From: a virus | Reading direction: 5' to 3' (one strand) | Virus record (IMG/VR): IMGVR_UViG_3300047333_000105 | Coordinates: 1 to 46,501 of that record | DNA length: 46,501 nt | Part shown: in pieces, positions 24,872 to 32,802 of the stretch | How positions within the stretch are numbered: position 1 is the first letter of the stretch | Layout: the number at the start of each line of letters is the position of its first letter | The notes under the pieces: generated by a model | Seen by the model: only the letters and a program-made list of their open reading frames with translations | The model's database searches: none | Told to the model about the DNA's origin: nothing | Position numbers and translations under genes: made by a program

Positions 24872-25403
24872 CTGACTCCTCCTTCTGTATGGTTAGCAGA
24901 GACTGGTAGTAGGCCTGCCAGCCCTTGACAAGATCGGTGTTGGTGACACAAATCTCCCTATCTGTTTCTTCCTGTTGAGTCAACGGGACGAGTTGACTGG
25001 ACCCACTGGCAAGAGGTTGGTCGGGTTGGGCACTACCGCTTGTGGCTGAAATGACGGTTCCCTCACTGGGTCCGACAGCTCCTTGGGCGGAGGCGGCAGG
25101 TTGGGGCAGATAGATGATCCGACTCTTGCTCCGCAGGCTGGCAATGTCAGAAGCAATGGTGCCAGTAGTGTCAGCTTGAGAAGATTGTACTGCTTTTGCA
25201 TCTCGGTTCTCCGTGATAGTTTTATGTATGACAGCGGCTGTGTTGACAGCCTTGGTTATAGTGACATAGCTTGTAGCTACCTTAGCTTCGTGTGTTCCGT
25301 ACCAGAGCAAGGTCCCGTTACCAACCAGAGAGAGCGCAAGCGCCCCCCCTAGTACGGCAGTGAGATTACTTTGGATCGGAGACAGAAAAGAAAGAATCCC
25401 CAT
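24843..25403 (-). CDS. i-spanin (Rz-like), N-terminal TM anchor
   Basis: N-terminal helix AVLGGALALSLVGNGTLLW followed by a periplasmic domain. It contains an embedded lipoprotein gene in the +1 frame. AAGGA SD. Confidence 0.65.
   Translation of the reverse strand: MGILSFLSPIQSNLTAVLGGALALSLVGNGTLLWYGTHEAKVATSYVTITKAVNTAAVIHKTITENRDAKAVQSSQADTTGTIASDIASLRSKSRIIYLPQPAASAQGAVGPSEGTVISATSGSAQPDQPLASGSSQLVPLTQQEETDREICVTNTDLVKGWQAYYQSLLTIQKEESVGTTNPTNN
24980..25201 (-). CDS. o-spanin (Rz1-like) lipoprotein, fully embedded in the i-spanin gene
   Basis: MQKQYNLLKLTLLAPLLLTLPAC is a signal peptide plus lipobox (LPAC). The mature part is proline-rich (CPNLPPPPKEL...). GGAG 8 nt upstream of the ATG. 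Confidence 0.7.
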   Translation of the reverse strand: MQKQYNLLKLTLLAPLLLTLPACGARVGSSICPNLPPPPKELSDPVREPSFQPQAVVPNPTNLLPVGPVNSSR

Positions 25404-25590
25404 CTTTGTGTTCCTTTTGAAATTCGTCTACTGCAAATTCATAACCTTCCCAGTTATCGACACCTGCGTATCGCAGAGCCTGTAGGAAGGCGGAGTCTTC
25501 GATCAACTCCTGCAACTCAGTGAGAGGAATGGTAGCAAAGATTTCGCTCTCGTCTGCCATCGGATATGTATAAGTTTCGTCTTCAATCAT
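25366..25590 (-). CDS. Acidic hypothetical protein (74 aa)
   Basis: The track ORF starts at 25629 inside the RNR gene. ATG 25590 overlaps the RNR stop (ATGATTGA). Confidence 0.55.
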   Translation of the reverse strand: MIEDETYTYPMADESEIFATIPLTELQELIEDSAFLQALRYAGVDNWEGYEFAVDEFQKEHKDGDSFFSVSDPK

Positions 25591-27523
25591 CAGGGTTTCC
25601 AATCGATACAATATCACACTGGCCGGCAAAACAAGACAGTTCCTGTGATCCCGTCGTGCTATCCACCTTCTCGTAGAAGGAAAGATCGTCCCAGTTAATC
25701 ACTGGCATAGGATGGGCTTCAACCCAAGCATTCCAGTCCTCTTCACTCAACTCTTGGTACGGAGCCTGCTTGTATGTCCCGCCGTCATAAGGAAGAAAGG
25801 ACACTCCTGAAAGATCCTCGAAGTTTTCGTACACCCAAGCCCCTACTTCCATCCATTCTCCCTCTTTTACGTAGACGGTTGCGGAGGGCTTATGTTCGCA
25901 CCAATGACGTTGGAGGGTGTCCCAGACTTCAAGACTTCCAGTAGCCGATATTTGCTCACGCTTGATGCTAGCTGCGGGAGACTTTTTAGCGAAGTAGAAG
26001 ATTGTAGTACTCTCTGGCTTGAATGCACAAGGTTCATAGTATACTCCTGCCTCCTTCAAGAAGGTTGTCATCGGGTCTTTATTGTCTGCCCTTACCGTTC
26101 GAAGATAGTAGTCGCTGTGACGGGCGTGAAGACCGCTAGAGCAATCAACAAGTTGAGACACTGTTCCCGAGGGCTTGATGCAATTGATGGCAGTACTCTG
26201 AGGAATACCAATCTTCTCAGCCCACTCTTTATTCGTATCGATAGCTACTTGACGGAGGTGTTCAAGAAGAGAAGGATTGAGAATAAGACTAGGGTTGTCA
26301 AGAACGCCAGTAAGGGATACACCAAGAAGACGTTCTTCGTTACAGTTATCTGCCCAAATCTTACGGATATACTTGAAGTTTGTAAAGGCACTCTGGACAG
26401 TACCAAGGATTGTAGCAAGTCTTACTTTATTCTCTAGAGTCTTCCAGTTATCGTCAGGTCGTACAACCAGTTCGGACAGGTTGCACATCTGGTATGGGCG
26501 AAGCAATATCTCAGAACAGGGGTTGCAACCGAACTCATGGTCGATGTTTCGACGACCGTTACGTCCAGCTATTCTCTTAGCTGCGTACCTGGAAAAGAAG
26601 CCTCTCTCGCCTGACTTGCTGTCATAGAGAGCTTTCCATTCTTTCATAAAGAACCCAACGTCAGGGCTCTTAGTTGTATAGACTGCAGAGTTATTAGCAA
26701 GGGCACGATGTCCTGCATCAACCCACCAAGCTCCTGTCTTTGCCGTACGAAGACGTTCATCGTCTGGATCACTAAGACTAATTAGAGCTGATCGGCGTAC
26801 ACCGCCTACGACTACTACGTCGGCGATCTTGCACATCAAGTCGTGGCATTCTAGTGAACTGAGTTGCCGTCCGGCTGCACCACGAAAGAGGCGGACAGTG
26901 AATCCAAAAAGGTCAACCAGAGGTTCGGGTCCGCTAGCACGGCCACCAAAGGTCCTAAGTCTTTCGCCGGAAGGTCGTACTCGACTGACGTCCCACTTGG
27001 GAAGCTGACCTGCGTACAGAAGGGCGATGAGTTCTCGGAGGGCTCGTGCCCAACCTTCCTTTGAATCTGCAACGTGTATGACGCTAGAGGTTTCCTCAAA
27101 GGTTTCTGAGACTGTTGGGAGTTTGTGGACATACATTTTCTCTACTGAATAGCCGACACCAGTGCCGCACATAAGGATATAAAGGATTTCATCGAACACA
27201 CGAGGATTGTCTACAGGGGCGTAGCAACAGTTGTATGCACAGATGTCGTTACGATCCATAGCGGGACCTGCTGTAGCCAAGGCCCTCATACTTGGTACAA
27301 CAGAGAGGTTGTGGATTGCCTCGTATACTTCTTCTGCTACTTCTTCGAACTGAGGGACACGACTGACGTAGTAGTTAATCAGACGGCTGACAGTTTCTGG
27401 CCAGGTCTCTCTTCGGCCTTTCTCTTCGATCCACTTCACGTATCGGGATACTGCGATAAATTTCTCATAGTCAGAAGGAAAAGGATTAGGTAGTTCAGGA
27501 AATTTAATCGTCAATGAAATCAT
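25583..27523 (-). CDS. Ribonucleotide reductase, single-chain class II-like (adenosylcobalamin type)
   Basis: Catalytic loop CNPCSEI (N-x-C-x-E), PSMRAL, TFGGRASGPEPL and a C-terminal Cys pair CFAGQC. No beta-subunit gene is present. The class assignment is by resemblance only. Confidence 0.8.
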   Translation of the reverse strand: MISLTIKFPELPNPFPSDYEKFIAVSRYVKWIEEKGRRETWPETVSRLINYYVSRVPQFEEVAEEVYEAIHNLSVVPSMRALATAGPAMDRNDICAYNCCYAPVDNPRVFDEILYILMCGTGVGYSVEKMYVHKLPTVSETFEETSSVIHVADSKEGWARALRELIALLYAGQLPKWDVSRVRPSGERLRTFGGRASGPEPLVDLFGFTVRLFRGAAGRQLSSLECHDLMCKIADVVVVGGVRRSALISLSDPDDERLRTAKTGAWWVDAGHRALANNSAVYTTKSPDVGFFMKEWKALYDSKSGERGFFSRYAAKRIAGRNGRRNIDHEFGCNPCSEILLRPYQMCNLSELVVRPDDNWKTLENKVRLATILGTVQSAFTNFKYIRKIWADNCNEERLLGVSLTGVLDNPSLILNPSLLEHLRQVAIDTNKEWAEKIGIPQSTAINCIKPSGTVSQLVDCSSGLHARHSDYYLRTVRADNKDPMTTFLKEAGVYYEPCAFKPESTTIFYFAKKSPAASIKREQISATGSLEVWDTLQRHWCEHKPSATVYVKEGEWMEVGAWVYENFEDLSGVSFLPYDGGTYKQAPYQELSEEDWNAWVEAHPMPVINWDDLSFYEKVDSTTGSQELSCFAGQCDIVSIGNPDD

Positions 27524-27567
27524 CCTTTATTGATTGTCGGTATGCCTGCTGCTCTTTAGTCAACTTA

Positions 27568-27590
27568 GGAAAACGGGGATCAAGTCCCCG
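27568..27590 (-). terminator. Hairpin plus U-tract spanning the stop codon of the HD gene (attenuator-like)
   Basis: The minus strand reads CGGGGA-cttga-TCCCCG followed by TTTTCC. Confidence 0.4.
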
Positions 27591-28188
27591 CCATAGCCGC
27601 CTCACCCTGCGACGATCCTTGTTCTCGTACTTGTTCATTCCGTTCATTTGTACGGCCTTCTGTCAACTCTTTGTATCGCTCAAGGAAGAGAGTCTCAGCC
27701 ACAGATGGAGAGAATCCCACAGGCTTAACGCTACGAACAGCACGTAGGTTAGTATGCCATAGATCATCTTTGCCAGGAGCGATATGCTGTCGCTCTGCAT
27801 GGTACATCCTCTTATCTGCCTGATGGACTTCGAGGGAGTGCAACTTCCACGGGCTGAGATTGAAGCGACGAGCAATGCTAGACATGGCTGCATCTTCTAG
27901 TGTCCTATATTCCGGCAGAAGTTTCTTCAGAGGTGAGGAAACGTCCCCAAGAAAAGCTTCGGCGGCGTCATGGAAGAGACCTTCAAGAGCGAACTTCTTC
28001 GGCACCGCCAGAGAAACAAGGACAGAATGCTCAGCAACAGAATAGAAACGATTGACATGACCAGTGTATCTACAAAGATTAGATAGAGCATGAGCAATGG
28101 TAGCAACAGTATATACCGAACTATCAGGATCAAGAAAGTCAAAGTACTCTCCGTCGTACACAGAGATGCATGAAGGAGTTTGTTCCAT
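27580..28188 (-). CDS. HD-domain phosphohydrolase (YfbR/5'-deoxynucleotidase-like)
   Basis: H...HD...D signature: YSVAEHSVLVS and LFHDAAEAFLGDV. Confidence 0.8.
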   Translation of the reverse strand: MEQTPSCISVYDGEYFDFLDPDSSVYTVATIAHALSNLCRYTGHVNRFYSVAEHSVLVSLAVPKKFALEGLFHDAAEAFLGDVSSPLKKLLPEYRTLEDAAMSSIARRFNLSPWKLHSLEVHQADKRMYHAERQHIAPGKDDLWHTNLRAVRSVKPVGFSPSVAETLFLERYKELTEGRTNERNEQVREQGSSQGEAAMAGT

Positions 28189-28337
28189 CAGTCTTCTCCG
28201 TCTAGCAAACTATCAGGATCGTGATCTCTCCACCACTGGTCACAAGAGAAACAGTCTCCTCCTGTAGAGTAGTATTCTTCTTGATCGATAGTCTTACCAC
28301 AAGTCTCACACCACCGTTCTTCTTCAAAGTCGTGCAT
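28188..28337 (-). CDS. Small zinc-ribbon protein (49 aa, below the ORF-track cutoff)
   Basis: Hand translation gives MHDFEEERWCETCGKTIDQEEYYSTGGDCFSCDQWWRDHDPDSLLDGED (CxxC...CxxC). TGATG overlaps at both ends indicate translational coupling. Confidence 0.6.
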   Translation of the reverse strand: MHDFEEERWCETCGKTIDQEEYYSTGGDCFSCDQWWRDHDPDSLLDGED

Positions 28338-28882
28338 CACTGATCTCCGTTAGCAGTAGCGTGTAGGTTCTTTTCGCGGAGGAGAAACTCTAGACGCGCG
28401 AGGGCGTTCCATGCCGCGTGAGCTGCGTGAAGGATTCCCGAATCATTATCCCAAGGACCTTTCTCTGACTCGGCGACAAGGTGACGAACCATCGCATCAC
28501 TATATCGTTCAAACCCTTCGGGTACTGTGGACCATCCCTTCCAGGAATATTTAGTTGCTCCAAAAGTTGAAACAGTAGCAACCGCCCGCAGTGCTCCGGG
28601 GAAGTAGTCAACGGCTCCTCGCCAGAGGCAGGGCTTACCTGCGTCAAGTTTCGCACCACCGGACTTGGGATCGATTCCGGATGGGTCTCTCTCTCCGCTC
28701 CTAAGGAGCTTGTCTCCATCTCCTTTGTAGGAGGTTGGTTCTGAAAGATAGGGCTGGCACTTCTCGGTCCCGGACCCGATGGCTTTGCTTTGTACGCCAT
28801 TATTCTTCACCTTGTCCAGATACATACCCACTCCCGACAAATACTTCTGTGCTTCTAATTGGTGTGTCTGTTCCGTCTTCAT
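28337..28882 (-). CDS. DUF5664-type nucleotide pyrophosphohydrolase domain protein (dATP/dGTP diphosphohydrolase N-terminal-like)
   Basis: KLDAGKP...ALRAVATVSTFGATKYSWKGW...YSDAMVRHL...DNDSGILHAAHAAWNALARLEF matches the K.D.GK / fGa.KY / RHl / SG..H.aH pattern of this family. ATG 28882 has AGGAGG 8 nt upstream (the track start TTG 28939 is unlikely). Confidence 0.65.
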   Translation of the reverse strand: MKTEQTHQLEAQKYLSGVGMYLDKVKNNGVQSKAIGSGTEKCQPYLSEPTSYKGDGDKLLRSGERDPSGIDPKSGGAKLDAGKPCLWRGAVDYFPGALRAVATVSTFGATKYSWKGWSTVPEGFERYSDAMVRHLVAESEKGPWDNDSGILHAAHAAWNALARLEFLLREKNLHATANGDQ

Positions 28883-28950
28883 GATAGTATACCTCCTGAT
28901 CATTTCCCAGCCAGAAATAGAACTTGGACGGGTCAACAAAATCCATTTCT

Positions 28951-29163
28951 TTAAAAGGGTTCTCGTGTTTCGTCGTCAATTGAATCTTCAATCCTCAAAT
29001 CCTCTTTGATGTCGTCGAGTTTATCGAGGATGTCTTCCTCGAAATAATAGATGATGTCTCGTACAGAAAGGTCAAGAAGTTCGACCAACTCCCATCCTTC
29101 ATACCTGTCAGCAATGGCTTGCTTTATAGTTTCAGGGAGCTGCTCTTCATTCATTATCATCAT
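28951..29163 (-). CDS. Highly acidic small protein (70 aa)
   Basis: Intact ORF, very rich in Asp/Glu. Similar in style to the adjacent 64-aa protein. Confidence 0.6.
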   Translation of the reverse strand: MMIMNEEQLPETIKQAIADRYEGWELVELLDLSVRDIIYYFEEDILDKLDDIKEDLRIEDSIDDETREPF

Positions 29164-29341
29164 CTTCTTCTTCAGTAAAGTACTCTTTCAAAGCATCATA
29201 ATCCAACAAACCGACTTCATCAAGAAAAGAAATAACATCCTGGGCTTGGCATTGAGTGAGAATGGCGTCGGAAAATTTAGCAGACATTTCTATGAGGTCT
29301 TCTTCAAGAGCTTGAAACATATCAACAACGTCTTCCATCAT
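29147..29341 (-). CDS. Highly acidic small protein (64 aa)
   Basis: Ends ...YFTEEEDDDNE. The start overlaps the stop of the exonuclease gene. Confidence 0.6.
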   Translation of the reverse strand: MMEDVVDMFQALEEDLIEMSAKFSDAILTQCQAQDVISFLDEVGLLDYDALKEYFTEEEDDDNE

Positions 29342-30051
29342 ACTTTACTCCTTTTTCCGTCTTGCCACGACCCACACGACTGACAGTGAAGACGCTGGAT
29401 TTTAAAAGACTTTGTACGACGATACCCACGAGACTGTATCTTGTTGGAACCACAAGCACCGCAGGCGTGAGCTTCAGAACCCATATGGGGATGGTTTGTG
29501 ATGTAAGGTCTGATCAAGAGATAGAGCTTTACAGTAAGGAGGACGTCACCGATGCAGTAGTTTTGCATCCTACTTTGGGCAGCCTCGTCACCTGACATCA
29601 CCTTCGTCCAGAGAGAGAAGCCTTCGTGTTTAACTTTGTCACCAAGACCAAGGAACGGCCCGATGAATTCAAGCTTGCCACTCTGGAACCCCAGCTTCTT
29701 TACAGTCTTGTACAGATCGATTGAAGTCAGAGGAGGCAGAGGAGGAAAACCTTCAAGGAGAAACTCTCCTCTCAGTTTTGTAAGATCGAACTTATCTCCG
29801 TTGTACGTAATGACGGCGTCGGCTTCAGCCATCATGTTGTAGATGCCCTTGAGCATCTCTGTACGACCACCGGGCAGCCAGTCAGCGAAGAAGTATGCCT
29901 TGTCTTCTCCAACCCAAGTGGCGGCTACACAGATGATACGAGAGACCTCTACGATCTGGTTGACTGCGACGTTGACGTCGAAGAGTTTCCAGGCATAGAC
30001 GACTGCGGGTCTAGTTTCAATGTCCAACGCTAGGACCTTAGGTTCAGCCAT
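29338..30051 (-). CDS. RNase H-fold (DnaQ/PolB-exo-like) exonuclease with a C-terminal zinc ribbon
   Basis: LALDIETRP (Exo I-like DxE) and C-terminal CGACGS...CQSCGS. I prefer ATG 30051 to the track start TTG 30069. Confidence 0.55.
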   Translation of the reverse strand: MAEPKVLALDIETRPAVVYAWKLFDVNVAVNQIVEVSRIICVAATWVGEDKAYFFADWLPGGRTEMLKGIYNMMAEADAVITYNGDKFDLTKLRGEFLLEGFPPLPPLTSIDLYKTVKKLGFQSGKLEFIGPFLGLGDKVKHEGFSLWTKVMSGDEAAQSRMQNYCIGDVLLTVKLYLLIRPYITNHPHMGSEAHACGACGSNKIQSRGYRRTKSFKIQRLHCQSCGSWQDGKRSKV

Positions 30052-30424
30052 AAAAATAATGCTTTCCAATTTGTTTTATGAAACGACGTCCATGCCATTT
30101 GCCGGGGTAATTACGGAAGTATGTAGCTCCTCCAGTGTGGTCTGGGCTTTCGACATCGACAGTGAAATCCTTTGGAGGTCTGCTAGTCCGAAATTGTCCT
30201 CGTTTTCGCACAACCATGCATAATGGCTGGCGGAGTTTAGATGAGCGATTAAGGATGACAGAAGATACTGCTTGCTGTCCTTCATGAGACTCTCCTCGAG
30301 CTTCGGCGTACACAGCCGACTTAAGACATATCAATGCCGCTAGTGTTAGTTTTAACAACCCTTTTCTTTCTCCGGCGTGAACGCTTCTTGTTAGACGGAG
30401 CAATGAAACCACTTTCGGTTTCAA
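30044..30424 (-). CDS. SleB/Hydrolase_2-type cell-wall hydrolase with a hydrophobic N-terminus
   Basis: AVYAEARGESHEGQQAVSSVILNR and VVRKRGQF match the SleB-type amidase family. The start is uncertain because the ORF overlaps the Endo VII gene by about 100 nt. Confidence 0.65.
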   Translation of the reverse strand: MKPKVVSLLRLTRSVHAGERKGLLKLTLAALICLKSAVYAEARGESHEGQQAVSSVILNRSSKLRQPLCMVVRKRGQFRTSRPPKDFTVDVESPDHTGGATYFRNYPGKWHGRRFIKQIGKHYFYG

Positions 30425-30671
30425 GGTAATCTGCTACTCGTCTGAGAAGGTTCGCGTCTCGGTGGCGTCCAACTACGTACTTATTGTCGTACGAACAGAG
30501 GATGCCCCTGATTTTCAATGTGTGATGATCATGGTCGACTGCAAGATGTTTTCCCTCTTGCTCCTTAGTCTTTCCGCAAATGGCACAACCCCCTCCTTGT
30601 TTTTCTAGAAGAGAGTTGTATTGATCTTCTGTTATTCCGTAGGTTCTACGAAGGTACGAATCTCTGCTCAC
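30321..30671 (-). CDS. Recombination endonuclease VII
   Basis: GGCAICG...LAVDHDHHTLKIRGILC is the Endonuclease_7 signature. The GTG start overlaps the upstream stop (GTGA). Confidence 0.85.
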   Translation of the reverse strand: MSRDSYLRRTYGITEDQYNSLLEKQGGGCAICGKTKEQEGKHLAVDHDHHTLKIRGILCSYDNKYVVGRHRDANLLRRVADYLETESGFIAPSNKKRSRRRKKRVVKTNTSGIDMS

Positions 30672-31504
30672 AGGAACCTGTAGACATTTGGTTCACGAAC
30701 TATCTTAGTTAGGTAAACAGGTCCAGTAGAATAAGCATAGCCTTGTACGTCAGGGAAGCAGTTGAACTTGTAGGGACAGTAGGAACAGCCTGTAGCCAGT
30801 TTCATGTTACCACTCTTACCTTCTGGTACGAAAGGATAACATTGTTCAGGAATGGTATCAGAAGCTAGAACTTCTTGTAGATGTGATATTCTATCTTCCG
30901 GTTTATGACACGAGGCAATCGAGACAGAGACAGAAGACACACAAATGTCGCCAGCAACTTTATCGAATGCAATGAAGGCCGGTCCTTGGTCTGGAGTAAG
31001 AACATTGGAGTATCCTGAGATTTGCTGGATGTACCCGAAAGGATCGTCATCAATGACTGAACCTTCTTTGAATTTCTTGTATCCAAAAGGAGAGGCACTC
31101 TTAACATCTACGACTACTCCATCAATGATGGCATCGATATGCCCTTTAACTCCGAGGACTTCGACTTCTCTCTGTTCATCAGTCACGGTATGTCCTGCCT
31201 CTTTGGCCAGGTAAAGGATAAGCTCTTCGATGACGTGTCCGTACAAGAACTTGAAGAGGAGTTTGCCATCCATCTCTTCCCCCTCTGTCTGACGAGAAGC
31301 CAACCAGAGTTTCCTATCTGGCCAACCTAGGGAAGAGAAACGTAGGTTACCCTCTCTTTTCTCTTGCTTAGCCAGACGATCTCGGAGAGTCTTCTTGAGG
31401 TTCGTACAGAGAGTTTCGAGGTGTTCTTCAGTTGCTACGACATGGTTGTCAGGAGCAAACAGGGAATAAATGTTGGCTGGGAGGTCTTCAAGCGACTTCG
31501 TCAA
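30668..31504 (-). CDS. Cas4/RecB-like PD-(D/E)XK exonuclease with a C-terminal Cys cluster
   Basis: GHIDAIIDGVVVDVKS (D...D-x-K) and CSYCPYKFNC (CxxCx5C). TTG start with AAGGAAG SD. Confidence 0.7.
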   Translation of the reverse strand: MTKSLEDLPANIYSLFAPDNHVVATEEHLETLCTNLKKTLRDRLAKQEKREGNLRFSSLGWPDRKLWLASRQTEGEEMDGKLLFKFLYGHVIEELILYLAKEAGHTVTDEQREVEVLGVKGHIDAIIDGVVVDVKSASPFGYKKFKEGSVIDDDPFGYIQQISGYSNVLTPDQGPAFIAFDKVAGDICVSSVSVSIASCHKPEDRISHLQEVLASDTIPEQCYPFVPEGKSGNMKLATGCSYCPYKFNCFPDVQGYAYSTGPVYLTKIVREPNVYRFL

Positions 31505-31745
31505 CAGCTTCTTCCTTTACTTCTGTAGGAGAAGGAGGGTTTGAACCCGGCCCTGTCCTGCCAAATACCCATTCGTCATCGAAGTATTGTATATCTTTGG
31601 GTATGAAACGAGTAAACTCTTTTGTATGAGCCTTGTCGATGACGTCCTTTAGCAAAGCCGGGCCTTCTGTTTCAAGGTCTACGGAAACTTCGCCTTCCAT
31701 ATAGAAGTAACCCTTACGACGGAAGCTCAAATTAAATCGTTCCAT
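31488..31745 (-). CDS. Hypothetical protein (85 aa)
   Basis: Intact ORF with GAAAGGA 7 nt upstream of the ATG. Confidence 0.6.
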   Translation of the reverse strand: MERFNLSFRRKGYFYMEGEVSVDLETEGPALLKDVIDKAHTKEFTRFIPKDIQYFDDEWVFGRTGPGSNPPSPTEVKEEAVDEVA

Positions 31746-31899
31746 ACAAGTCCTTTCAAAAGATGTCGGCCTTTCACCGACTGGGGAGCCTACGCAGGTC
31801 GACCGGTTAGGGACCAGTCCCTCCTCTTCGATATAACAGAACAGTCTTCCCTGTCTGTACAGATGTACCGCTATCTGCTAACCCTTGGGTTAGTATCTC

Positions 31900-32505
31900 T
31901 TATACGACGTCTTCGAGATCGTCATCCAGTTCGTCAAGACCAAAGTCCTGTTCGAAGGTGGTCTTCTCAGGAGCCGCAGCCTTCAAGTCTTCCTGCGCCT
32001 TCAGGGCAGCCTGATAGTACGGATCGCTTTCGTCGATGTCAGTAAAGGTCTGACGCTTGAACTCAACCAGCTCGAGGACACGGATGGCTCGGGGATAGAT
32101 ACCCTTCTTCTTGCCGGGGCCATTGTCTACGACGGCGAACTTAAGATCGACTACGCTGCCGTTGCCAATCTCCTTTGTATAATCCCAAGGCTTGCCGAGG
32201 ATATCCTTGATCTCGATGGGATCGTTAGAGCTTCCGTCACGACGAAGTTCAGCTTGACGAAAAGTCAGATAAGGTCGGCCATCGAGGTAGGCAGGTTTTT
32301 CAACACCATCCTTTTCGTACGGCTCGCCACGACGAATCTTGTCGGCGATCTTCAGCTTCTTGGCTTCCTTCACAGTAGCTTCATCGATCTCCAGATCAAC
32401 CTTCCACTCCTTGCCATCCTTACTGTAGTTCAGAGAGAGCTGGTCAGGGAGGACTTTAGCAAAGCTAGTTTTGCCACGGAAGGTGTGAATCGTAGTAGTT
32501 GGCAT
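31900..32505 (-). CDS. Single-stranded DNA-binding protein, T7 gp2.5-like (putative)
   Basis: About 200 aa, first gene after promoter P5, with an acidic C-terminal tail DFGLDELDDDLEDVV. ATG 32505 has AAAGGA 10 nt upstream. Confidence 0.6.
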   Translation of the reverse strand: MPTTTIHTFRGKTSFAKVLPDQLSLNYSKDGKEWKVDLEIDEATVKEAKKLKIADKIRRGEPYEKDGVEKPAYLDGRPYLTFRQAELRRDGSSNDPIEIKDILGKPWDYTKEIGNGSVVDLKFAVVDNGPGKKKGIYPRAIRVLELVEFKRQTFTDIDESDPYYQAALKAQEDLKAAAPEKTTFEQDFGLDELDDDLEDVV

Positions 32506-32553
32506 CAAAAAATATCCTTTCAAATAGAATAAAACGTCTTACTCTCTACAATT

Positions 32554-32582
32554 ATTATACCACAAAACGCGCACAAAGTCAA
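32554..32582 (-). promoter_or_regulatory. Sigma70 promoter P5 with extended -10
   Basis: The minus strand reads TTGACT, a 17-nt spacer ending in tgtgg, then TATAAT. Its leader tagagagtaaga resembles that of P1. Confidence 0.75.
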
Positions 32583-32802
32583 GAGAAATCGTACACAGGA
32601 GAGATTTAATTGTCACAAAGCCTTTCTATGGGTACGTTGAATCCATTTCACCTTTAGAGAAGGTGTCCAAATCCTTTCCTCGTTACTATGACTTCCGACA
32701 TAAACTCCAACCGAGAGACCTTCACTTTCGCAAGTTCTATAGGCTTTGTTAAAGTTGGCGGCGGCTGTACGCAACCAGCTTGCATTGTCTTCGTCAGTGC
32801 GT

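Noticed and set aside
27580-28882. Z-genome (2-aminoadenine) pathway.
   Set aside because: DatZ-like and MazZ-like domains are present, but no PurZ/adenylosuccinate-synthetase-like ORF is visible anywhere in the genome.
28800-28991. 63-aa minus-strand ORF between the acidic-protein gene and the DUF5664 gene.
   Set aside because: It overlaps the strongly SD-preceded start (28882) of the DUF5664 gene by 83 nt and has only a weak SD. It may be real from ATG 28946, but I cannot support it.
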